A DNA stretch of 54,824 nt. Source: a virus (lineage: Duplodnaviria; Caudoviricetes). The position numbers and the translations under genes are program-made. Positions 47,228 to 54,824 of the stretch are shown here, piece by piece. The stretch is from the IMG/VR virus record IMGVR_UViG_3300025671_000082, positions 1 through 54,824 of that record. The stretch is one strand, 5' to 3'. The first letter of the stretch is position 1. Each line of letters starts with the position of its first letter. The notes under the pieces are model-generated. The model saw nothing but the letters and a program-made list of their open reading frames with translations. It was not told the DNA's origin and did no database searches.

Positions 47228-50200
47228 TTACTTAAACCTTATAAATAGGATTAGATCATTTTTTACAGTAGTACCTGATCCAGTTTTATTCGAGTAAAAG
47301 GTTCTACTCACCCCGTTGTTAACCGTAGTGTTCGCAACAAGCGTACCTTTTATCCCTGCACTACTGGAGTCAGGAGACAAGTCGGGCCGAGTAACATCTA
47401 CTGAATCAAGACTAGTAGTATTCTTTAAAAGTTCAATACCAACCGTCGCAGAACCCGGACCTGTAGTAGAAATATTGTATGAACAGAAAACAAGAATTTC
47501 AGCTTGCACCCCACTGTTGTTAGTAAAAGCAATAGATTTGTCAGCAGTACCTCCAACAGAGCTTTCAACAACAGAAACCGCAAACCCTGCAATCTGAGCA
47601 GTATCTACCGCTAAGTTACCGATTTTAGCATTAGTGATTGCAGCGTCAGCAATATTAGCTGTATCAACTTCAATCGTACCAAGGTCAGCAGAAATTGCAG
47701 AAAGATCAGTTACGCTAATTTTGTCTGCTGTAACTGCATTCGCTTGAATTTTGTCTGATCTAACGGCATCTGTATCAATCTTACCTGCAGTAATTGCGCC
47801 TGCTAAAATTTTGTTTGACACAATAGCATTTGAAGCAATAGAGTTTGTAGTAACCGCTCCAGCGTCGATCTTATCTGTTGTAATAGCATTTGCGGCAATT
47901 TTGTCAGCTTCAACTGCTCCGGCAGCCAGCTTACCTGCTGTAATTGCACCGGTGTCAATCTCAGTAGCAGTGACCGCCCCTGCTGCAATCTTGGCTGTTG
48001 TAATAGCCCCCGCAGTAATCTCAGCAGCAGTAACCGCTCCAGCGTCGATCTTATCTGTTGTAATAGCGTCTGCTGCAATTTTATTTGTTGTAATAGCGCC
48101 CGCTGCTAGCTTACCTGTTGTAATAGCCCCCGCTGCTAACTTTGCAGTTGTAATAGCACCCGATGCAATAGAACCCGCCTCAATAGCATTTGCAGCCACC
48201 TTATCTGCTGTAACAGCATCAGCATCAAGTTTGGCAGTTGTAACCGCTCCTGCTGCAATAGAACCTGCTTCAATAGCGTTAGCTGCTACTTTATCGGCTG
48301 TAACTGCGTCTGTATCGATTTTAGCTGCTGTAACTGCACCTGCTGCGATAGAACCTGCCTCAATTGCATTAGCTGCTACTTTATCCGCCGTAACAGCATC
48401 AGCATCAAGTTTGGCAGTTGTAACTGCGCCTGCTGCAATTTTTCCTGCTGTAATTGCATTTGCATTTACTTTATTAGCAGTAACAGCATTTGTTGCTATA
48501 GTACTTGCAGTAACCGCTCCTGCGGATATTTTAGCAGTTGTAATTGCGGAATCACTAATTTTAGTTTCTGTGATTGCATCTAGCCCTATAAGGTCTTCAG
48601 TTATTGCTTCATTTGCAATCTTAGCAGTTGTAACTGCACCTGCCCCTATTTTCCCAGAGTCTACCGCTCCCGTTGCAATTTTAGCGTTAGTAACCGCATT
48701 TGCCGCAATCTGACCTGCGTCTACTGCTCCAGTGGCGATCTTAGCATTAGTAACCGCATCCGCCGCAATCTGATCAGCATCCACTGCATCAACTGCAATT
48801 TTAGCATTGGTGACCGCCGATGCTCCGATCTCAGTAGCAGTAACCGCGCCCGCTGCAATCTTAGCAGACGTAACAGCGTCAACCCCAAGCTCTGTGCTTG
48901 TAATTGCTTCTACAGCAATCTTAGCAGTTGTAACTGCATTATTACCGATCTTAGCTGCTGTAACCGCTGATGCTGCAATAGCATCTGAGTCAATACTACC
49001 ATCTTCAATTCCAGTATAAAGCTCGTTTGTCCAAGCGGTTCCTGTCCAACGATACAACATATTGTCAGCAAGATTGAATACAATCTGATTGTCAAAGTCC
49101 CCGCTTGCGGGGAGCGAGTTAACAGAGTCCAATCCAGCTGTGTCTAATATGTCTTGAACGTTTTCATCGAAAGACCCTGAAGCAATCAAGGTAGTAGTAC
49201 CATTAACAGGTCCAACCCAACTTGAGGTGTTTCCAGAAAAGTCAACAGCCCTTGCCCAGAAATACAAAGTTTGCTCATTAGCAAGGTTAGGTCTAATAAA
49301 CTGACCTCGCTCACCGAACCCTGCTTGTGTAGAGTTAGCAAATACGTTTGTAGAACCTTCGTTGACTTCAATATAGGCTAAGTCTTTGTCTGCTGGGGCA
49401 GTGTAGGTTAGTTTTAGAAGCTGGTAGGCTTCTTCTACTGCCAACCCGGTGGGGGCATTTGGAGCAGTATCTTTACCAACGTTAGAATCAGTTGTTGAAA
49501 CAAAGTCACTAAGAATACCTGTAGCAGTACGAGAGCGAACTCGTATATCATAGGTGACGTTTGGAACAATGTTTACAATCTCAAAGTTTTCATTTTGAGT
49601 GACTGCGGAGAAGTAAGTTGAATCTGTTGACTGCTTCCACTGAACTTCATAGTCACGTACCTTAGAGTCGTCTGCGTTATCCCAATCAACTTGGAAAGAG
49701 TTAAATACACTCCCATCACCGCTGACAAAAGTACCAGAGGTTACTGACAAGTTTTCTGGAGGATCTAAGTCAAACTCAAAAGCAGGAGGGCTTACATAAG
49801 CAATGTCATCGTTAACCGACCAAGCTAGGGTATTAACATCGAAATAAATACCAGTAACTTCCACAGTAAAGTTTGACATAACTTTAATGCTAGTTACACG
49901 GAATATCTCGTTTGTCAAGTTTTGTTGAGGTAAAGTAACCTTAAAGAAGTCACCCGGCTCTAAAGACAAACCCTTTTTATTTACCGTAAGAGAAATATTA
50001 AAGGTAGAGCGAGATTCTCGAACAAGCTGCTCTGCACGAGCTTGGGCATGATAAGGGTCAGTGATACCATCTAAAGATACGTTAGCGACAAAAGGTCTAT
50101 TGTTGTCTTCTGTTAGATAAGCGGAATGCGCTGCGCTGTCTGTCACAGGCCAAGTTACCGAGTCTTCGGCAAAGTCTTCATGCTCATTAGCAAACCGTAT

Positions 50201-51397
50201 TGTTGCCTGATTCAAGCGTTCTTCAGCAGAAGGCCAAGACAAAGTCACTTCTTCTCGGATAATGCTATCTTCATCAAACTCGTGGTCAGAATGAACAAGA
50301 GCGTTTAGCGCGGCTTGGTCAGCAGGATACTCCAAGAGAAGCTTATAATGACCTTCACTGGTCCAAGTTAACTCTGCTAAACCCATTGTGTTGAGTATTA
50401 GCTGTATGTTGTCACGAATTTTTGCAGAAGTATCTAGGACAATATTACACTCATACAAAGGAATATTCCGAGTAGGTGCGGTAGTGTCCGAATAGCTACC
50501 TACCTCGTTTTCTTCGTCAGTCCAAATCCACTCTTTATATGTGCTTTCACCAATCTTATACAAGAAAGCATCATCACCGATAGTAGGTAAGTTACCAACG
50601 GTTGCGTACTCTTTAACAGGTTTTACACCATGAACTCTGCCGCCAACTAGCCGACCAGAAGAAACTACAGTATCGCAAATGTTTGCTGCGTGTTTAAAAC
50701 TAGCCAGATCAACTTCACCGGTAGTAATACCAAGCCCATAGTCTGCATCTAAAAGATAGTCCAATAAGCAGTAAGCAGGGTTATTACTATAAGTGTAAGA
50801 TGTAGACAAAACATTAGACGCGCTAATCGTTCTAACTTTACGACCTTTTACAAAAGAGGTTACAGCAGGAATGCCTGAGTATTGAGGCTTATCCCGTTTA
50901 AGTCTGAAGACAGAAGTTAAGTTTGTACAGTTAGAGAAAGTTGCAGTTGTAGGAATTCCGTTAGCAGTGCCTAAAGCATTTGCAGAATCTGGAGCACCTA
51001 CTAGAAAGTTGTGATTAAAATCTTTGTCTTGATAGTCTTTATTATTCACATTAACATAAAGAACTTCTTCAATCTCTTTTTGAGCCAAAACAGATTGAAC
51101 TAACAAAAACTCATTCTTTGTTCCTGTAGCACCAGCAGTTAAGTTCTTTGTAAAGGTACCTGTGCTATGAACGTAGTCTCTCATTGTCTTGTGTTTAACT
51201 TCAATACCACCTAAGGCAGCACGACCGTAAACTACTGGAACACTCTCTGCCTGCCCACGGATTGGGAAAACGGAGCCTCTACGCTTGTCTGCTTCAGCCT
51301 CTTGAGCACGTTTCATCTTGTTGTAAGACATGCTCTGGTAGACCGTAGAGATAAGCGTGAAAATAATTGTTTCAATACCCATTACAGTTTCCCCCAC
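47228..51397 (-). CDS. Tail tip/central fibre protein (gpJ-like) with FN3-like domains and long 10-residue repeat
   Basis: VPVVYG, NNPAYCLLDYL, LEPGD; AVTxxKIxAx repeats at about 47600-49000. Confidence 0.85.
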   Translation of the reverse strand: MGETVMGIETIIFTLISTVYQSMSYNKMKRAQEAEADKRRGSVFPIRGQAESVPVVYGRAALGGIEVKHKTMRDYVHSTGTFTKNLTAGATGTKNEFLLVQSVLAQKEIEEVLYVNVNNKDYQDKDFNHNFLVGAPDSANALGTANGIPTTATFSNCTNLTSVFRLKRDKPQYSGIPAVTSFVKGRKVRTISASNVLSTSYTYSNNPAYCLLDYLLDADYGLGITTGEVDLASFKHAANICDTVVSSGRLVGGRVHGVKPVKEYATVGNLPTIGDDAFLYKIGESTYKEWIWTDEENEVGSYSDTTAPTRNIPLYECNIVLDTSAKIRDNIQLILNTMGLAELTWTSEGHYKLLLEYPADQAALNALVHSDHEFDEDSIIREEVTLSWPSAEERLNQATIRFANEHEDFAEDSVTWPVTDSAAHSAYLTEDNNRPFVANVSLDGITDPYHAQARAEQLVRESRSTFNISLTVNKKGLSLEPGDFFKVTLPQQNLTNEIFRVTSIKVMSNFTVEVTGIYFDVNTLAWSVNDDIAYVSPPAFEFDLDPPENLSVTSGTFVSGDGSVFNSFQVDWDNADDSKVRDYEVQWKQSTDSTYFSAVTQNENFEIVNIVPNVTYDIRVRSRTATGILSDFVSTTDSNVGKDTAPNAPTGLAVEEAYQLLKLTYTAPADKDLAYIEVNEGSTNVFANSTQAGFGERGQFIRPNLANEQTLYFWARAVDFSGNTSSWVGPVNGTTTLIASGSFDENVQDILDTAGLDSVNSLPASGDFDNQIVFNLADNMLYRWTGTAWTNELYTGIEDGSIDSDAIAASAVTAAKIGNNAVTTAKIAVEAITSTELGVDAVTSAKIAAGAVTATEIGASAVTNAKIAVDAVDADQIAADAVTNAKIATGAVDAGQIAANAVTNAKIATGAVDSGKIGAGAVTTAKIANEAITEDLIGLDAITETKISDSAITTAKISAGAVTASTIATNAVTANKVNANAITAGKIAAGAVTTAKLDADAVTADKVAANAIEAGSIAAGAVTAAKIDTDAVTADKVAANAIEAGSIAAGAVTTAKLDADAVTADKVAANAIEAGSIASGAITTAKLAAGAITTGKLAAGAITTNKIAADAITTDKIDAGAVTAAEITAGAITTAKIAAGAVTATEIDTGAITAGKLAAGAVEADKIAANAITTDKIDAGAVTTNSIASNAIVSNKILAGAITAGKIDTDAVRSDKIQANAVTADKISVTDLSAISADLGTIEVDTANIADAAITNAKIGNLAVDTAQIAGFAVSVVESSVGGTADKSIAFTNNSGVQAEILVFCSYNISTTGPGSATVGIELLKNTTSLDSVDVTRPDLSPDSSSAGIKGTLVANTTVNNGVSRTFYSNKTGSGTTVKNDLILFIRFK

Positions 51398-51942
51398 CTA
51401 AGTTCAATTTCATTGTTGTCAAAGACTTCATCAAAGGATGTATCGGTCGAACTCACGTTATCCATACCTGCTTTTGAAGTCATAAATGAATTAACTGCAT
51501 CCAAATCAGATAGCGGGGAAGTACCCTCTATTACAACCCTCTTTTCACCAAAGTCATTGTTTATTGTCGGACGATCTACAGTTCCACGATAAATATAAAC
51601 CAAATCAGAGGTTGTAGTATTAGGTGTGCCATCTGCTTGAATGAATCCAGCACGAACCTCTACAGCTTTGCCGACAACATTAGAGCGAATTTCCGCTAAG
51701 AAGTTATTAGACAAATCCGAAATGACAATACGATACGCTTCTCGGTCTAGCACACTAGAAAAATCAGGGGAGTCTACTTCAAATAGACCTCCATCAGAAA
51801 TATAAGTATTACTAGCTACTGTTAAGTCTGTGCTGTAGGATGTAAACCTGTACGTGTTATTAAAATACAAATCAACAAGGAAAAAGAATTCCAAGTTATC
51901 TGAATTCAAAATTGTTTGAACATTACTACTAAAACTTCTCAT
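51382..51942 (-). CDS. Minor tail/baseplate hub-like protein
   Basis: Synteny; C-terminal D.SF......L.WG motif. Confidence 0.6.
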   Translation of the reverse strand: MRSFSSNVQTILNSDNLEFFFLVDLYFNNTYRFTSYSTDLTVASNTYISDGGLFEVDSPDFSSVLDREAYRIVISDLSNNFLAEIRSNVVGKAVEVRAGFIQADGTPNTTTSDLVYIYRGTVDRPTINNDFGEKRVVIEGTSPLSDLDAVNSFMTSKAGMDNVSSTDTSFDEVFDNNEIELRWGKL

Positions 51943-52547
51943 CAGATCGCCTCAATTAGTACAATAAGACCTTCGTTAGAAAGAATACCATCTGTGTATT
52001 GAATACCCCTAACACCATTCAGATCACGGTAGTAAGTCATAACACAGTCGTCTCCCGTTTCTAAATTAGTTCCTGCGGGAACGTCTTGTCGCAAAGAAGG
52101 GAAGATAGCTAAGTTAGCCACTGTACCGGCTGCAAGAGAAAACTCTTGAGTTGTGATATAAACCTTATCGTGGTTAGAAAATTTAATAAAGGCTCCTTTA
52201 GGTATAATACCTGAAGAAGTGCTCCTGTCAATAGGTATAGCAGAAGTCCCTTTGGTTGTTGTTGAATCAACATGGGGTGTTCCTGAAGCAGTAGTGTTTT
52301 CTGCTACATTTCGTAGTTGTGGCATAATCATTGTTGCCGTAGAAGTAATACCGCTAGTAAGGTTAGCGATAATAGCGTCTGTGCTATCTGTTGTACGGAG
52401 CGTATTAAACGATAGCTCCCATCGTTGTGCGTTTTGAGTTGCACGTTGTTTCTTCAACGACACTGTATCCGAGTCGTAAATAGGTTCATTGGATATAAAA
52501 TTCACTGGTGCAAGAATTTGAGCACCTTCAAAGTAATAAACTGCCAT
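51942..52547 (-). CDS. Probable distal tail protein
   Basis: AQRWE, IFP.LR and terminal LIEAI pattern; synteny. Confidence 0.55.
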   Translation of the reverse strand: MAVYYFEGAQILAPVNFISNEPIYDSDTVSLKKQRATQNAQRWELSFNTLRTTDSTDAIIANLTSGITSTATMIMPQLRNVAENTTASGTPHVDSTTTKGTSAIPIDRSTSSGIIPKGAFIKFSNHDKVYITTQEFSLAAGTVANLAIFPSLRQDVPAGTNLETGDDCVMTYYRDLNGVRGIQYTDGILSNEGLIVLIEAI

Positions 52548-52549
52548 AG

Positions 52550-52993
52550 TTAACTCCTAATTGGCCGAGCTAAAAGATCACATGTTTCTTTCACTTTTAG
52601 CCTGCGTTTTTGTTTGATTCCAGAGTTATCTTCTGCTGGAGAATACCAGTGAGTGAACTCTGCGACCATTGCTGTTCCTTGTTCAAAAGCAATATCACCA
52701 AGCGTAGGTCTCTCGCCTGTGATTACCTTATACCCACATGTTTGGGCCAATTTGGGGAGAGTCATTTTATTCTTATACAGTTTAACTAAAAACTGTTTTG
52801 AAGTCTTCCACTCAAAGTCTATAAACTTGTAAGCTTCAGAGTATTTAGCTCTTAGATGTGAGTCATAAACCATAAGAAAAGCTATGCAGTCGTTGAAACC
52901 TCTTTTATAGTCCCCTGCAAACTTTGCGCGTTCATTTATCTCTTCTTTAGCCTTTATAAAAGCGTATGTTCGCTCATCTTCTGTAAATTCCAT
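52550..52993 (-). CDS. NlpC/P60-like tail-associated protein
   Basis: G.NDC..F and GDI motifs; position in the tail-tip cluster. Confidence 0.45.
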   Translation of the reverse strand: MEFTEDERTYAFIKAKEEINERAKFAGDYKRGFNDCIAFLMVYDSHLRAKYSEAYKFIDFEWKTSKQFLVKLYKNKMTLPKLAQTCGYKVITGERPTLGDIAFEQGTAMVAEFTHWYSPAEDNSGIKQKRRLKVKETCDLLARPIRS

Positions 52994-53016
52994 AATACTG
53001 TCTCTCTGTGATAGGT

Positions 53017-53077
53017 AGGAGCAACGCTAAGCTTGTCAGATGGGGGTTACCATCCAATCACACCTAACGCTGCTCCT
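53017..53077 (-). other. Long intergenic RNA hairpin (possible RNase III site)
   Basis: 15-bp stem AGGAGCAGCGUUAGG/CUUAGCGUUGCUCCU that is fully paired only on the minus strand through G.U pairs. Confidence 0.55.
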
Positions 53078-53086
53078 GTGATATAC

Positions 53087-53776
53087 TCAGAGCCTCTCTT
53101 GTAGGAACATCTTTACGAGGTCCGCTACAATGTCGCTCCTTACAATATCATCAACTCCAAACTCTACAACCGGCATCTCAATACCGTTCTTACGAACCAA
53201 GTAGCAGAAGTCAGTAAGGTCTTTACCATTCTTGACATCTGACTGAGCAGGGTCTCCCATTAGGATGAGTTTTGTATTCTCACCAATACGGGTAGTAATT
53301 GCTTTTAGTTCATCTAATGAAAGGTTTTGCGCTTCATCAACTAGAACCAGCGCATCTTCGTAAGACCGGCCACGGATTGTTTCAATCGGTTGTATTTCAA
53401 TTTGCTCCTTATTAAGCATATACTCAAACTTACCTTTCCCGAAAGCCTTGCTTAGTACTTCAAGCATAGGCATTAGCCAAGGTGTCATTTTCTCTTTAAT
53501 GTCGCCGGGGAAATGACCAAGGGATTTCCCTGTTGGAACATTAGCTCTTGTCAAAACGATTTTCTTATATCCTCCTTTAAGAAATAGCTGTGCGGCAGTA
53601 CCGGCAGAACAGTAAGTTTTACCAGTACCGGCACAACCAATCGTTATCGTAATAGGATAAGCTTTAATAGCACGTATCAAGTTATCTTGCTTTTCATTTT
53701 TAGGGATGATGTTAAAAGAATAAATTATATGAATGTGCTCATCACGCTTTTGATTACGATATTTTCTTTTTGACAT
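53087..53776 (-). CDS. phoH: PhoH-family ATPase
   Basis: GCAGTGKT, LGHFPG, RGRS, DEAQN, GDPAQSD and DIVRS motifs. Confidence 0.93.
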   Translation of the reverse strand: MSKRKYRNQKRDEHIHIIYSFNIIPKNEKQDNLIRAIKAYPITITIGCAGTGKTYCSAGTAAQLFLKGGYKKIVLTRANVPTGKSLGHFPGDIKEKMTPWLMPMLEVLSKAFGKGKFEYMLNKEQIEIQPIETIRGRSYEDALVLVDEAQNLSLDELKAITTRIGENTKLILMGDPAQSDVKNGKDLTDFCYLVRKNGIEMPVVEFGVDDIVRSDIVADLVKMFLQERL

Positions 53777-53871
53777 AAAGATTCCTCTTTATTAGAGTTT
53801 AAAGGTTATTGTTTATAGTCTTAGAGGCTAAAGCCGAACATAAGTCACCGAACCAGCTATTGTTTCCGCCT

Positions 53872-54824
53872 TCATTCGGTATCTAAATCGTTTTCTTCAA
53901 CAGCAGGCTTTTCTGGTTCAGTAATGACGCGCCCCGTTGCATCAGTCCACGCGGTGTCAATCATATGTTGGTCATGACGCTCGCCAATGACCATCCATGA
54001 CACAGTGTCAGTGCAAGCTGCGTCCTGCGCTTCGATTGTCAGGAGGTTTCCCGACACGCTGCCGCGAACAGCAGTCCAGCCCTGCTCGTTGGTTGTGAAG
54101 CACTGCACACTGCCGTTCAAAGCAGTAAAAGTGCCTTCGGTCATGCGGCCTGCTGTATCCAGATTAACGGTCGCTGTGCCATCCACCAGCGCCACGCGGC
54201 CCCGGTAGATGTTGTCGGCCTGCGGCCCCTCAATAAAGCTGTGAACGAGGTGATGCGTGTCTGGTTTCAGCGGGTGGTCGATCTTGAACGAACCAGAGCC
54301 TTTGGATAGTGCGCCGGTAACATCCAAGTCGCCCGAACTATTAAGTGTTGCGATGGTGCTGTTTCCAGTCGTCTGGAAATATATGTCACCCTTGGACTGA
54401 AGGAACAGCCGGTCGAGGTTTTCGCTGTGGCGAATACTTGCAGCAGTAGTGTCTGTCTGCGAACCAAGGTAAAGCCGAACAACACCGGTGGCATCAGCGG
54501 CCAAAAGGCTCATGCCCACATTGTTGATGTCCTTAGAAACGACAAGCTCGTCGGCGTTACCATCCGCGTCTGCACCTCCGCCGATTTTTATCTTGTTACT
54601 GACCGCAGCGTTGCCCGTCACATCCAACGCCTCTGCTGGGCTAGACGTAGCAATGCCCAAGTTGCCGCTGCTGTCGATGCGCATACGCTCAACACCGCCA
54701 ATAACCCACGCCTGATCCTCGGAACTGTTGGATTGATGTAACCACGTAGGATTGGCAGTGGTTGCGTCGTCAGGATAAATTCGATAGTTTCCGCCGCCAC
54801 TAGATACTGCGTTGAAGTTGAAAT
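53872..54824 (-). CDS. Tail fibre protein, 5' end outside the window
   Basis: Frame open from the window edge; RMRIDSSGNLGI and GSFKIDHP motifs; visibly higher GC. Confidence 0.75.
   Translation of the reverse strand, partial: FNFNAVSSGGGNYRIYPDDATTANPTWLHQSNSSEDQAWVIGGVERMRIDSSGNLGIATSSPAEALDVTGNAAVSNKIKIGGGADADGNADELVVSKDINNVGMSLLAADATGVVRLYLGSQTDTTAASIRHSENLDRLFLQSKGDIYFQTTGNSTIATLNSSGDLDVTGALSKGSGSFKIDHPLKPDTHHLVHSFIEGPQADNIYRGRVALVDGTATVNLDTAGRMTEGTFTALNGSVQCFTTNEQGWTAVRGSVSGNLLTIEAQDAACTDTVSWMVIGERHDQHMIDTAWTDATGRVITEPEKPAVEENDLDTE

Noticed and set aside
47751-48713. 320-aa plus-strand ORF
   Set aside because: Antisense shadow of the tail protein repeat; the same applies to the other plus-strand ORFs such as 36861-37679 and 29366-30100
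50050-50061. Partial class A motif (ataagggtca)
   Set aside because: Only 10 bp, inside coding sequence (TDPYH); likely chance

Overview
The window is a 54.8 kb segment of a tailed dsDNA phage with siphovirus-type morphogenesis genes, and essentially every credible gene lies on the minus strand. The host is probably a marine alphaproteobacterium (inference only). In transcription order (right to left) it carries: a tail fibre, PhoH, tail-tip genes, holin and endolysin; then portal, tRNA-Thr(UGU), a giant MuF-domain/RNA polymerase gene, scaffold, capsid, neck and tail genes (with a GGGAAAC -1 frameshift) and tape measure; then an early region of small ORFs; then a second, stand-alone T7-like RNA polymerase; then T7-like replication genes (SSB, Pol A, exonuclease, primase-helicase) and nucleotide metabolism genes (dCMP deaminase, MazG, NrdJ, a degenerate ThyX, glutaredoxin). 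No terminase or integrase lies in the window. The main finding is a candidate two-polymerase transcription system. A MuF head-protein domain is fused to a single-subunit RNAP (1523 aa after splicing), and this gene is split inside motif B by a 942-nt group I intron encoding an HNH endonuclease. Two distinct repeated promoter-like motifs divide the genome into an early block and a middle/late block. Secondary findings include a 13-bp intergenic motif at apparent recombination junctions, gene-end linker repeats, a duplicated nrdJ tail flanking an inserted gene, a tRNA abutting the portal stop codon, and a ThyX that has lost its catalytic motif. All functional calls come from motif recognition by eye; no database searches were run.
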